From contig DASRZL010000126.1 of NCBI GenBank assembly GCA_035686425.1, forward strand, positions 1,712 to 65,711: a DNA stretch of 64,000 nucleotides. Reading direction: 5' to 3'. A program made the translations under genes and the position numbers. This DNA comes from Thermoleophilia bacterium. GTDB lineage: Bacteria > Actinomycetota > Thermoleophilia > UBA2241. This document shows positions 39,026 through 48,612 of this stretch, piece by piece. The notes beneath the pieces are model-generated. The model searched no databases, had not been told where the DNA came from, and saw only the letters and a program-made list of their open reading frames with translations. How positions within the stretch are numbered: position 1 is the first letter of the stretch; each line of letters begins with the position of its first letter.

Positions 39026-39517
39026 TTGCCATTCTCCCTCGATACGATCGACAGGCAGATCGTGTCACTTCTCATAGAAGACGGCCGCGTCTCCTCGGCC
39101 GAGATCACCCGGCGCATCGGGCACGTCTCCGAGCGCGCCGTGCGCTACCGGATCGAGCGCCTGATTCGCACGGGGGTGATCCGCGTGAGCGCCATCGTCA
39201 TGCCCCAGGCCGTCGGCTTCGAAGTCACGGGCGACGTGCTCGTCGATGTCGCCCCCGGCAAGCTGCAGGACGTCGCCGCGCAGCTGGTCGAGTTCCCCAC
39301 GGTGAGCTACGTGGCCGGATCGGTCGGCGAAGGCGACCTCAGTGTGCAGATCTACGCACGGGACACCGAGGAGCTCCTCCGCTTCGTCAACGAGGTCATC
39401 GGCAAGGTCCCTGGAGTCACGCGCACCAAACTCGCCATGGTGCCGTGGAAGCTCAAGGACGTGTATCAGTGGCACGTGCCCCCTGAGGCCGCTGAGGAAG
39501 GGAGGGCGATCGGCTGA
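39026..39517 (+). CDS. Lrp/AsnC family transcriptional regulator
   Basis: IDRQIVSLLIEDGRVSSAEITRRIG HTH plus RAM domain; TTG start. Confidence 0.8.
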   Translation: MPFSLDTIDRQIVSLLIEDGRVSSAEITRRIGHVSERAVRYRIERLIRTGVIRVSAIVMPQAVGFEVTGDVLVDVAPGKLQDVAAQLVEFPTVSYVAGSVGEGDLSVQIYARDTEELLRFVNEVIGKVPGVTRTKLAMVPWKLKDVYQWHVPPEAAEEGRAIG

Positions 39518-39611
39518 GGCTTTCTCGTTCTTGGTTTGACGTACCATCACTCGATCACTGCAGCGCCGGCCGGGGGGCCTCGTCGGCGAGACATAGAACA
39601 AGGGGGGAAAC

Positions 39612-41267
39612 ATGGCTGAAGAACTAGCGTTTGCTCGCAAAGCCAGCGGCCTGGTCCGCGGCCTCTCCATGTGGGACGCGTTCGGCGTCGGGTTCATGAA
39701 CCAGGGGCTCACGCCCTCGATCTGGGTCATGACCAGCCTCGGCGTCGGCGTCTACCTGGGCGGCAACCTCGTCTGGGCGACCATCATCTCGATGATCCTC
39801 GCCGGCATCGGCTTCCCGATCGTCTGGGGCGTGCTCGGCGGCTCCATGCCTCGTTCGGGCGGCGAGTACATCTACAACTCGCGCATCCTGCACCCCATCG
39901 TGGGCATCGGCGAGTCGTTCGGCAACGCCTTCGTGTGGATCCTCTGGATCTACGTGCTGGCGCCCTGGCTGGCCGACCCCGGCATGGTCATGATGTCGCA
40001 GTTCATGGACTGGTCGTGGCTCTACGACAGCGCCAACGAGACGTTCTTCGGCGGCCTCAGCTACGCGTGGGGCAGCTTCGTCATCGCCACGATCGCCAAC
40101 ATCATCGCGTTCCTGTTCGTGGTGTGGGGCATCAAGTGGTTCGCGCGCATCCAGAAGGTCGTCATGATCTTCGGCATCGGCGGCTGCATCGTCCTGCTCG
40201 GCGCCATCACCTACTACGCCATGAAGCTCGGCCAGACCGGGTTCGTGGAGAGCTGGAACGCCACAGCCACGACGTACGGCTCGATCGACTACGCCGGCTT
40301 CCTCGCGGGGGCCAGCGAAGAGGCCGGTCAGATGATGCCGACCTCCTGGAACTGGTTCGACACGTTCGGCGTCATGGTCGCCGGCTCGTGGCTCTTCGCC
40401 TACAGCTACTGCATCACGTTCATCGCCGGTGAAGTGAAGCGCCCCGACAAGACCATCATCCTGTCGAATCTCTTCGCGATTCTCGTCCCCGGCTTCTTCA
40501 TGCTGTGGGCGGCCCTCGCACTCTACGGCCTGGTCAAGTTCGACTTCTTCTCGGCGACGCAGTTCATCGACAATGCCGGCAGCGACCTCGGCGGCGCCTA
40601 CACCGTGCCGTGGAGTACGAACTTCCTCGGCATCCTCGCCATGGTGACCGCCAACAAGGTCGTCCTGTTCATCTCGGTGCTGTCGTTCCTCGCCTTCGAC
40701 CTGTGGTGGGTCGCGCTCAGCTACCTGGCGTTCCCGCGCATCCTCTTCGCGTGGGGCATGGACCGCATGGGTCCCAAGTGGTTCACGGACATCAACCCGC
40801 GGTTCGCCAGCCCCGTGAAGAACCACGTCCTCTGCTTCGTCCTCGGCCAGATCATGATCGCCTTGTACGTCTTCTGGCAGAACGAAGCGATGCAGGGCCT
40901 GGCAGTCACGGCCCTGGAGATCTTCTCGGTGTTCGGCGTCACGGCTATCGCGGCGCTGGTCTTCCCCTATGTCAAGCGCGCCAGAGGCATCTGGGACGCG
41001 TCTCCGTACAAGACCTGGAGGCTCGCCGGCATCCCGGTAGTCACGATCGGCGCCATCGTCGACCTGATTTACCTGGGCATCCTGGCCTACTTCTTCTTCT
41101 TCCTGCCCGACCCCGCCAAGCGCCTCGAGGGCTTCACCACCTCGACGGGCCTGGTGATCGCCATCACGTGGATCTTGGGCATCATCTGGTATTTCTTCTG
41201 GAAGCAGCGCAGCAAGAGCGTAGGCGTCGACGTTTCGATGACCTATGGCGAGTTGCCGCCTGAGTGA
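39612..41267 (+). CDS. APC superfamily transporter (tandem paralog of 37057..38682)
   Basis: Near-colinear identity with upstream permease (same N-terminal MAEELAFARKASGLVRGLSM, same C-terminal KSVGVDV.MTYGELPPE). Confidence 0.75.
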   Translation: MAEELAFARKASGLVRGLSMWDAFGVGFMNQGLTPSIWVMTSLGVGVYLGGNLVWATIISMILAGIGFPIVWGVLGGSMPRSGGEYIYNSRILHPIVGIGESFGNAFVWILWIYVLAPWLADPGMVMMSQFMDWSWLYDSANETFFGGLSYAWGSFVIATIANIIAFLFVVWGIKWFARIQKVVMIFGIGGCIVLLGAITYYAMKLGQTGFVESWNATATTYGSIDYAGFLAGASEEAGQMMPTSWNWFDTFGVMVAGSWLFAYSYCITFIAGEVKRPDKTIILSNLFAILVPGFFMLWAALALYGLVKFDFFSATQFIDNAGSDLGGAYTVPWSTNFLGILAMVTANKVVLFISVLSFLAFDLWWVALSYLAFPRILFAWGMDRMGPKWFTDINPRFASPVKNHVLCFVLGQIMIALYVFWQNEAMQGLAVTALEIFSVFGVTAIAALVFPYVKRARGIWDASPYKTWRLAGIPVVTIGAIVDLIYLGILAYFFFFLPDPAKRLEGFTTSTGLVIAITWILGIIWYFFWKQRSKSVGVDVSMTYGELPPE

Positions 41268-41279
41268 TCTTTGAGTACC

Positions 41280-41326
41280 GTGAGGGGGCGGGAGCATCCG
41301 CTCCCGCCCCCTCACTGGCCTTTGGA
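41280..41326 (+). terminator. Terminator-like perfect hairpin after second APC permease
   Basis: GTGAGGGGGCGGGAGC-ATCC-GCTCCCGCCCCCTCAC, 16-bp stem. Confidence 0.5.
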
Positions 41327-41334
41327 GTGTGTAG

Positions 41335-42267
41335 ATGATCAAGCTGTTTTTCGTCACCGACATCCACGGCTCGAACGTGTGCTACCGGAAGTTCCTGAAC
41401 GCCCTTCCGATCTACGGAGCCGACGTGGCCGTCCTTCTGGGTGACCTGACCGGCAAGGTCCTCGTCCCGCTCGTGGACAAGGGCGGGGACCAGTGGGAAT
41501 GCACCCTGATGGGGCAGTACCGCGAGATCAACGGGCAAGAGGAGCTCGCGGAGATCAAGAAGATCGTCGAGAACGCCGGCTACTACTGGGTCCACCAGAC
41601 GCGCGAGGAGTTCGACGATACGCGCGCCGACCCGGCCAAGATCGACGCGCTGTTCAAGAGCCTCGTCTTCCAGCGCGTGCAGGAGTGGCTCGACCTCGCC
41701 GACGAGCGACTCGAGGGCAAGCCCTACCAGATGTACATGGCGCCGGGGAACGACGACTGGTTCGTGATCGACGACATGATCGACAACGCCAAGCTCGTGC
41801 ACCCCTGTGACAAGCGTGTCGTCGAGATCGACCATCACGAGATGATCACCTCGTCGGCGTCCAACCCGACGCCTTGGGACACGCCGCGCGAGATGAGCGA
41901 GGACGACCTCGAGGTGCACCTGCGCGAGCTGTGCGCCAAGGTCAAGAACCAGGGCACGGCGATCTACAACTTCCACGTGCCGCCCTACGGCTACTCGCTC
42001 GACCTGTGCCCCAAGCTCGATGAGAACCTGACCATGGCCGCCGACGAGAAGATCCACGCCGGCAGCATGGGCGCCAAGCGGGTCATCGAGGAGTTCCAGC
42101 CGCTGCTCGGCCTGCACGGCCACATCCACGAGTCACGCGGTGCACAGAAAGCCGGGCGCACGCTGCTCATCAACCCGGGCAGCGAGTACTCTGAGGGCAT
42201 CCTCAAGGGCGTCATCATCATGCTCGACAAGAAGAAGGTCAAGGACTACGTCTTCACCTCCGGGTGA
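41335..42267 (+). CDS. Metallophosphoesterase (calcineurin-like phosphoesterase)
   Basis: FFVTDIHGS, LLGDLTG, GNDD, GHIH motifs. Confidence 0.75.
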   Translation: MIKLFFVTDIHGSNVCYRKFLNALPIYGADVAVLLGDLTGKVLVPLVDKGGDQWECTLMGQYREINGQEELAEIKKIVENAGYYWVHQTREEFDDTRADPAKIDALFKSLVFQRVQEWLDLADERLEGKPYQMYMAPGNDDWFVIDDMIDNAKLVHPCDKRVVEIDHHEMITSSASNPTPWDTPREMSEDDLEVHLRELCAKVKNQGTAIYNFHVPPYGYSLDLCPKLDENLTMAADEKIHAGSMGAKRVIEEFQPLLGLHGHIHESRGAQKAGRTLLINPGSEYSEGILKGVIIMLDKKKVKDYVFTSG

Positions 42268-42328
42268 GCGGCGCGTAGACTCCATCTTTCGAGACGACGC
42301 CGAACCCGGAAGGGGGCGATAGGTAGAT

Positions 42329-43135
42329 ATGGGACAGTTCATCCTGCCGAAGGACATTCCACTCGACCGCTATCCCAAGCCCGAGGTCTTCCTCGAGGAG
42401 GGCAAACGGATCACGGAAGCAGCGCAGAAGCAGGGCATCATCATGCGCGTCATGGGCCCGCTTGCGCTGCACTACTACTTCCCGGACCAGGTCGACCTGT
42501 ACGCCAAGCTCGAGCGTCTGGGCGACCGCTACTTCACCGACATCGACTACGCCGTCTACGGCAAGGGCCGCAAGGGCATGGCCAAGCTGATGGAGTCGCT
42601 CGGCTACGAGAACGATCTCCAGACCATGGCCATGACCGGGCAGACCCGCCAGATCTACTTCGGCGGCAAGGTCCCCATGATCGATATCTTCTTCGACAAG
42701 CTCGACTACTGCCACGAGATCGATTACGCGGGGCGCCTCGAGCTCGATCCCTGGAGTGTCTCGCTCGCCGACATCCTGCTGCAGAAGCTGCAGATCTGGG
42801 AGATCAACGACAAGGACCTCAAGGACATCGAGTACCTGTTCACCGTCGCCGACTTCGGCGAGGACGACACCAGGAAGGTCAACGTCGGCTACATCTCCAG
42901 GCGTTTCGCCGACGACTGGGGCTTCTGGTACACCGCGACCACCAACCTCGACCGCGTCAAGGACCACGTCGACGGCGTGGACGCCCTGAGCCCCGACCAG
43001 AAGGCCAAGATCAAGCAGGTGGCCGACGACGTCAGGGCGCGGATCGACCAGGAGCCCAAGACGCGCAAGTGGGAGAAGCGCGCCAAGAAGGGCACCAAGA
43101 AGATCTGGTACAACACCGGTTTCTCCGACTGGTGA
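42329..43135 (+). CDS. Hypothetical protein
   Basis: 268-aa ORF with AGGTAG RBS-like spacer and good coding statistics; no family recognised. Confidence 0.5.
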   Translation: MGQFILPKDIPLDRYPKPEVFLEEGKRITEAAQKQGIIMRVMGPLALHYYFPDQVDLYAKLERLGDRYFTDIDYAVYGKGRKGMAKLMESLGYENDLQTMAMTGQTRQIYFGGKVPMIDIFFDKLDYCHEIDYAGRLELDPWSVSLADILLQKLQIWEINDKDLKDIEYLFTVADFGEDDTRKVNVGYISRRFADDWGFWYTATTNLDRVKDHVDGVDALSPDQKAKIKQVADDVRARIDQEPKTRKWEKRAKKGTKKIWYNTGFSDW

Positions 43136-43262
43136 TCCCGGGCCGGCCCGCCTTCGGCGGCGGCAGCCGGACGGTGTGACGACAAGAGGGCCGGGGCGCC
43201 AACGGCGCCCCGGCCCTCTTCGCGCTGCCGGCAGCCACCCCCCTGCCGCGGCCGGCGCGCCG

Positions 43263-44654
43263 TCAGTGCGCGATGAGCGCGCCCTTCTCGATCAGCACGC
43301 GCACATCGGCGAGCGTGGCCTCGAGGCGCTCCAGCACCTGGTCCATCTGTTCGTACGTGATGATCGCCGGCGGCTGCATGCGCAGGGTCAGGGAGTTGAA
43401 GAGCGTGCCGCCGATGAGCACGGCGCGGCTGAAGAGCCCCTGGCTCACGGCGTAGCCGATGTCGGAGTCCCTGAACTGCATGCCGATGATCACGCCGACG
43501 CCTCGGACCTCCTCGAAGAGGTCCGGGTAGCGGCCGGCGAGCTCGGTGAGCTTGCCCTTGAGGTAGGCGCCCTTCTCCGCCGCCTGACCCGGGATGTCCT
43601 CCTCCAGCGTGGCGTGCAGAGCGCCGATCGCCGCTGCCGTGGCCATCGGGTTGCCGCCGAACGTCGTCGTGTGGATGTACGGGTTGTCGTACATGGTCGA
43701 GAAGACGTCCTCGGTGGCGATGAAGTTGCCGATCGGGATGACCGCGCCGCCGAGGGCCTTGCCCATGGTCATGATGTCCGGGGCCACTCCCGAGTGTTCC
43801 ATCCCCCAGAGCTTGCCCGTGCGGCCCATTCCGGTCTGCACCTCGTCGGCGATGAGCAGAATGCCCCACTTGTCGCAGATCTCGCGGACCTTGGGGAAGT
43901 AGTCGGCCGGTGGGATGATCGCGCCGGCCTCGCCCTGCACGGGCTCCGCGATGAATGCGGCGATGTCAAGGCCTACCGCGTCGCAGATGCCGAGCTGTTT
44001 GTCGAGGGCGTCGGCGTCGCCGTAGGGCACGAAGCGCACGCCCGACATGAGCGGATTGAAGGGCTCGCGGAACTCGCCCTTGCCGCTGACGCTGAGGGAG
44101 CCGAAGGATTTGCCGTGAAAGCCGCGCGTCGTGGAGATGATACCGAGCGTGTGGTTGGGCTTCTTGCGTCGCGCCCACAGCTTGGCGATCTTCATGGCGC
44201 CCTCGTTGGCCTCGGTGCCGGAGTTGCAGAAGAAGGAGTACCGCAGGTCGCCGGGCGTGACCATGGCGAGCAGGTGGCTGAGATAGCCGCGCATCGGGTC
44301 CAGGAGCTCCTGCGAGTGCAGCGCCTGATGCTCGAGCTGGTCACGGACGGCCTTGACCACAGTGGGGTGCCGGTGCCCGAGCATGTAGATGCCGAAGCCG
44401 CCGAGGCAGTCGATGTACTCCTTGCCGTGGATGTCGTAGAAGACCGAGCCCTCGTCGCGCCACTCGACCGACGTGTAGTCCGTCGAGACGGACTTGCGAT
44501 ACTCGAGGATGCCGGGGTTGACGTAGCGGTCGAAGTTCGTCACGCAATCGGTCACGACCGCCTGCTGTTCGTCGGCGCTGAGCACGGATTTCGACATCAG
44601 GTCCAGCGCCTTGCGCGATTCTCGCAATACCTCTTGCCTCGCTGCGTCCTGCAT
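43263..44654 (-). CDS. Class III aminotransferase (putrescine/acetylornithine/GABA aminotransferase family)
   Basis: PLP-lysine motif region (DEVQTGMGRTGKLW), GGFGIYMLGH; start at ATG MQDAARQ with GGGGGAA RBS. Confidence 0.8.
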   Translation of the reverse strand: MQDAARQEVLRESRKALDLMSKSVLSADEQQAVVTDCVTNFDRYVNPGILEYRKSVSTDYTSVEWRDEGSVFYDIHGKEYIDCLGGFGIYMLGHRHPTVVKAVRDQLEHQALHSQELLDPMRGYLSHLLAMVTPGDLRYSFFCNSGTEANEGAMKIAKLWARRKKPNHTLGIISTTRGFHGKSFGSLSVSGKGEFREPFNPLMSGVRFVPYGDADALDKQLGICDAVGLDIAAFIAEPVQGEAGAIIPPADYFPKVREICDKWGILLIADEVQTGMGRTGKLWGMEHSGVAPDIMTMGKALGGAVIPIGNFIATEDVFSTMYDNPYIHTTTFGGNPMATAAAIGALHATLEEDIPGQAAEKGAYLKGKLTELAGRYPDLFEEVRGVGVIIGMQFRDSDIGYAVSQGLFSRAVLIGGTLFNSLTLRMQPPAIITYEQMDQVLERLEATLADVRVLIEKGALIAH

Positions 44655-44943
44655 TCGTTCCCCCTGTGTCAGAAGCGATGACCGCAGAATCACTTGATTT
44701 GCAGTATAGTTCGGACAACCGACCGAACCAGGACTCCAATCTATCCCGATAGGCTCGGCGGTGCAACGGTCATCTGTCCGCCGACCGCCGCAATCGACTT
44801 CCCTCGTAGTGGGGGGTGAAGCACGGTACGCTGGACCAGCCGGTGGACCGCATGGTCGAAGTCACGTGGGCCGAGGTGCGTCATCGGCTGCTGCAGGGCG
44901 GGGAGCTCGCGTGGGACGCGCTCGACGGGAAGGAAAGGGTCAA

Positions 44944-45243
44944 ATGGCTGATGGAGTGAGAGGCGACGCCGCGTACACGCCGTCGGAGGCGGTCGTGGCC
45001 CGCGAGATCGAGGGCGAGATCGTCATCGTGCCGCTGACGGCGGGGATCGGCGATCTCGAGGACGAGTTGTACTCGTTGAACGAGACCGGCAAGGACGTAT
45101 GGCGGCTGCTCGATGGGCGCACGGTGGATGAGGTCGTCGAAGCTCTGACGGCAGAGTACGACGCCTCGCGCGAAGAGATCGACCGCGACGTCTGCGGGCT
45201 GCTCGAGGAGTTGCTGCGCCGCGACATCGTGCGCGCGGCCTGA
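44944..45243 (+). CDS. PqqD family protein (RiPP recognition element, lasso-peptide B1-like)
   Basis: YSLNETGKDVWRLLDGRTVDEVVEALTAEYDASREEIDRDVCGLLEELL matches the lasso B1/PqqD RRE consensus closely. Confidence 0.75.
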   Translation: MADGVRGDAAYTPSEAVVAREIEGEIVIVPLTAGIGDLEDELYSLNETGKDVWRLLDGRTVDEVVEALTAEYDASREEIDRDVCGLLEELLRRDIVRAA

Positions 45244-45296
45244 CGGCCTCGGGCGAAGGGCGGTCGGGACTGACTGAAGAGGCCCCCAGGATCGGC

Positions 45297-47093
45297 GTGC
45301 ACAGCGTCCTGCACCTGGGGCGCACCCTGCGCCTCGTGTGGCGCATCGCGCCCGGGTGGACCGTCGCGACGATCGCGCTCGCAGTCGTCCAGGGCGTCCT
45401 GCCGCTCGCCGGCCTCTACATGATCCAGCTCATCGTGAACGCGGTGAGCGATGGCCTCAATGCGGTCGACAAGAGCGCCGCCTTCAGGGAGGTCGCGTGG
45501 CTGATCGTGATCGCCGGGGTGATCGGTCTGGCGTCGGCGCTGGCGCGTTCCATCTCGACGCTGGTCAGCGAGGCGCAGGGCCAGGTCGTCACCGACCATA
45601 TGTCGGACCTCATCCACTCGCAGTCGATGGCCGTCGACCTCGAGTACTACGAGAACTCGAAGTACTACGACGTCTTGCATCGGGCACAGCAGGAGGCGCC
45701 CTACCGGCCGACCAAGATCGTCAACGATCTCGTCATGGTGGGCCAGAGCAGCATCACGCTTGTCGGCGTGATCGGCATCCTGTTCTCGATCCACTGGAGC
45801 GTCGGGTTGATCATCGTGGCCGCCGCCCTGCCCAGCGCCTACGTGCGGCTGCGCTACTCGCAGCGCCTGTATCGTTGGGAGACCGATCGCACGGACTCCG
45901 ATCGCCGCTCGTGGTACCTGCACTGGTTGCTCACGGACGGCAGCTACGCCAAGGAGATCCGCCTCTTCGACCTGGGCGAGACCTTTCGTGGCTGGTTCAA
46001 GGAACTGCGCGGCGTGCTCCGCGGCGAGCGCCTGCGCATCACGGCGCGGCGCTCGCTCGCGGATCTCGCCAGCCAGACCGTGGCCACTCTGGCCGTGTTC
46101 GGCACCTTCGCCTACATCGCCTGGCGCACCCTGCAGGGCAGCATCACCATCGGCGCCATGATGATGTACTACACGGCCTTCAACACCGGCCTGAGTGCAT
46201 TGCAGAGCGTGCTCGGTGGGGTCGCGGGGTTGTACGAGGACAACCTCTTCCTGACCTACTACCATGAGTTCATGGCCCTGGGACCCAAGGTCGTGGACCC
46301 GGCGGCGCCGCGCCCGGTGCCGAAGCCGATGCGGGAGGGGGTCGTCTTCGAGGGCGTGAACTTCAACTACCCGGACACCGAGCGGACGGCTCTCGCCGAC
46401 GTCGACCTGCACATCAGGCCCGGCGAGGTGACCGCGCTCGTGGGCGCCAACGGCTCGGGCAAGACGACCATCGTCAAGCTCCTCTGCCGCCTCTACGATC
46501 CGCAAAGCGGCCGAGTGACTCTCGACGGTGTGGACCTGCGCGACCTGCCCGTGTCCGACCTGCGACGCGGCATCAGCGTGATCTTCCAGGACTTCGCCAA
46601 GTACCAGCTCACGGCGCGCCAGAACATCTGGATCGGCAACGTCGCGCGGCCGCAGGACGATCCGGCGATCGAGGAGGCCGCGCGCGCCGCCGGCGCCGAC
46701 GCCGTGATCGCCGAACTCGGCCGCGGCTACAACTCGATGCTGGGCAAGTGGTTCGAGGACGGTGAAGAGCTGAGCATCGGCGAGTGGCAGAGGGTGGCAC
46801 TGGCGCGCGCCTTCGTGCGCGACGCGGAGATCCTCGTCTTCGACGAGCCGACGAGCGCTCTCGATCCGGTGAGCGAGTGGCAGGCGTTCGAGCACATCCG
46901 CGCCCTCTCGAAGGGCCGCGCCGTGGTGCTCATCAGTCATCGCTTCTCGACGGTGCGCAACGCCGACCGCATCCACATCCTCGAGCAAGGGCGCATCGTC
47001 GAGAGCGGCGCGCACGCGGAGCTGATGCGGCTCGACGGGCGCTACGCGCGCATGTACGAAGTGCAGGCGCGCGCCTACCAGAACGAGGACTGA
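45297..47093 (+). CDS. ABC transporter permease/ATP-binding protein (type I exporter, McjD/MsbA-like)
   Basis: N-terminal 6-TM domain plus C-terminal NBD (GANGSGKTT, LSIGEWQR, LVFDEPTSALD). Confidence 0.85.
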   Translation: MHSVLHLGRTLRLVWRIAPGWTVATIALAVVQGVLPLAGLYMIQLIVNAVSDGLNAVDKSAAFREVAWLIVIAGVIGLASALARSISTLVSEAQGQVVTDHMSDLIHSQSMAVDLEYYENSKYYDVLHRAQQEAPYRPTKIVNDLVMVGQSSITLVGVIGILFSIHWSVGLIIVAAALPSAYVRLRYSQRLYRWETDRTDSDRRSWYLHWLLTDGSYAKEIRLFDLGETFRGWFKELRGVLRGERLRITARRSLADLASQTVATLAVFGTFAYIAWRTLQGSITIGAMMMYYTAFNTGLSALQSVLGGVAGLYEDNLFLTYYHEFMALGPKVVDPAAPRPVPKPMREGVVFEGVNFNYPDTERTALADVDLHIRPGEVTALVGANGSGKTTIVKLLCRLYDPQSGRVTLDGVDLRDLPVSDLRRGISVIFQDFAKYQLTARQNIWIGNVARPQDDPAIEEAARAAGADAVIAELGRGYNSMLGKWFEDGEELSIGEWQRVALARAFVRDAEILVFDEPTSALDPVSEWQAFEHIRALSKGRAVVLISHRFSTVRNADRIHILEQGRIVESGAHAELMRLDGRYARMYEVQARAYQNED

Positions 47094-47185
47094 CCGCCTC
47101 GCGCTGTCGCGCGAGCGCACGCCGCTACCTGCCTCGGCGAGGTCCTCGGTCCGCCGGCGGGGCGCCATCGCGGGGATGGTAGGGT

Positions 47186-47818
47186 GTGGCGCACGAGGGG
47201 AGCATGATCGGCACCGACAGACTGACAGAGGATCCGACCGCCCAGCTGTCGCCGACGGCGCAGAAGCTGGTTGCCGCCGCGCGCCGTCTGCTCGCGCGCG
47301 GCGGGTACGAGGCGCTCACCGTCGAGGCCGTCGCCGCGGAGGCCGGGGCCTACCGAGATTCCGTCAGGTACTACTTCGGCAGCAAGGCGGCCTTCATCGC
47401 CGCCGTGGTCGATTCCCTGAGTCACGACCAGAGCCTGAGCGCGGTGGTGGAGACGCAGGCGGCGAGGGGCGGCGACGAACGCGTCCGCGGGCTCGTCGCC
47501 GGCGATCGCCGCCTCGTGGACGATCGCGCCGCCTTCCGCGACTTCTTCGCCATCCTCCCGCACGTCGTCCTTGACGACGAGCTGCGCGAACGGGTCGCGG
47601 CTCTCTACGAGTGGTACCGCGACCTCTACGTGGAGGGCCTCGGCGATGCGACCACCGCTGGGGAAGAGCGGCTGCGCCGCTTCGCCTCACTCATGGTCGC
47701 CATGACGGACGGCCTCGCCGTCCAGAAGCTGCTCGACCCCGACGGGGTCGACCTCGGACCGCTCTTCGAGCTGTGGGAGAGCATGCTCCGCAAGGCGCTG
47801 CTCTCCACCGCCGACTGA
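47186..47818 (+). CDS. TetR/AcrR family transcriptional regulator
   Basis: N-terminal HTH (GYEALTVEAVAAEAGAYRDSVRYYFGSK); start may be ATG 47204. Confidence 0.75.
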   Translation: MAHEGSMIGTDRLTEDPTAQLSPTAQKLVAAARRLLARGGYEALTVEAVAAEAGAYRDSVRYYFGSKAAFIAAVVDSLSHDQSLSAVVETQAARGGDERVRGLVAGDRRLVDDRAAFRDFFAILPHVVLDDELRERVAALYEWYRDLYVEGLGDATTAGEERLRRFASLMVAMTDGLAVQKLLDPDGVDLGPLFELWESMLRKALLSTAD

Positions 47819-47997
47819 GGCGGCTGCGCGGGCCGTCCCTGATCGCCCAGGGACGGTGGTCGTCTCCCCGCGGCCGTCTCCGGCTCATTTACAGGCCCCA
47901 GACCGTGTTGTACGCTCGCGACGTGCTTGCGGTACCGCATGGGGGGTCCCGCCGGCCGCGAGGCCAGCACACGGCTTCTTCGTAGGAGGGAAGGGTC

Positions 47998-48201
47998 TTG
48001 GCGCAGGGGAGCGTGAAGTGGTTCAGCAACGAGAAGGGGTATGGCTTCATCGAGCGGGAAGATGGTGACGACCTGTTCGTGCACTACTCCGAGATCACCA
48101 TGGACGGCTACAAGACGCTCGTCCAGGGCCAGCACGTCGAGTTCGAGGTCACCGAGGGCGACAAGGGCCTGCAGGCCTCTACGGTGAGGCCGGTCGCCTA
48201 G
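47998..48201 (+). CDS. Cold-shock protein (CspA family)
   Basis: [18 protein letters not shown]1 motif, 67 aa; TTG start; TAG stop. Confidence 0.85.
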   Translation: MAQGSVKWFSNEKGYGFIEREDGDDLFVHYSEITMDGYKTLVQGQHVEFEVTEGDKGLQASTVRPVA

Positions 48202-48217
48202 TCCAGGAGAGCGCGCA

Positions 48218-48260
48218 GGGGGGTCCCGCCGGAGGCTTTGCCGGCGGGGCCCCCTTTTCT
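48218..48260 (+). terminator. Canonical rho-independent terminator after cspA
   Basis: GGGGGGTCCCGCCGG-AGGCTTTG-CCGGCGGGGCCCCC followed by TTTTCTT. Confidence 0.7.
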
Positions 48261-48329
48261 TGTAGGGCTTCTGAGGCTGGAGTAGGATAGCCGTCCCGCT
48301 TCGGCGGCCCGCAGCAGGAGGAGCGCGAC

Positions 48330-48611
48330 ATGATCTCCGAAGACGACGTCCGCTACGTCGCGAAACTCGCCCGTCTCCGCATCGAACAGGATGAGGCGGC
48401 GCGCATGACCGGCGAGCTGGCCAGGATCCTCGCTCATATCGACAAGATGAGCGAGCTCGAGCTGGCCGACGTGCCGCCGACCGCGCACGTCCTCGACGTC
48501 GTGAACGTCACGCGCGCCGACCGCGAGCGTCCGAGCCTTCCGCGTGACGAGGCGCTCCGCAATGCCCCCGCCGTCGCCGACGAGTGCTTCCGCGTGCCGA
48601 GGATGGGCTGA
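48330..48611 (+). CDS. gatC: Asp-tRNA(Asn)/Glu-tRNA(Gln) amidotransferase subunit C
   Basis: VAKLARL...DE motif, 93 aa, immediately upstream of gatA. Confidence 0.85.
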   Translation: MISEDDVRYVAKLARLRIEQDEAARMTGELARILAHIDKMSELELADVPPTAHVLDVVNVTRADRERPSLPRDEALRNAPAVADECFRVPRMG

Positions 48612-48612
48612 C

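Noticed and set aside
44944-45243. PqqD-family protein as part of a PQQ biosynthesis operon
   Set aside because: No pqqA, pqqB, pqqC or pqqE (radical SAM) genes flank it. The sequence matches the lasso-peptide B1 subtype of RRE more closely, and it is followed by an exporter rather than PQQ enzymes.
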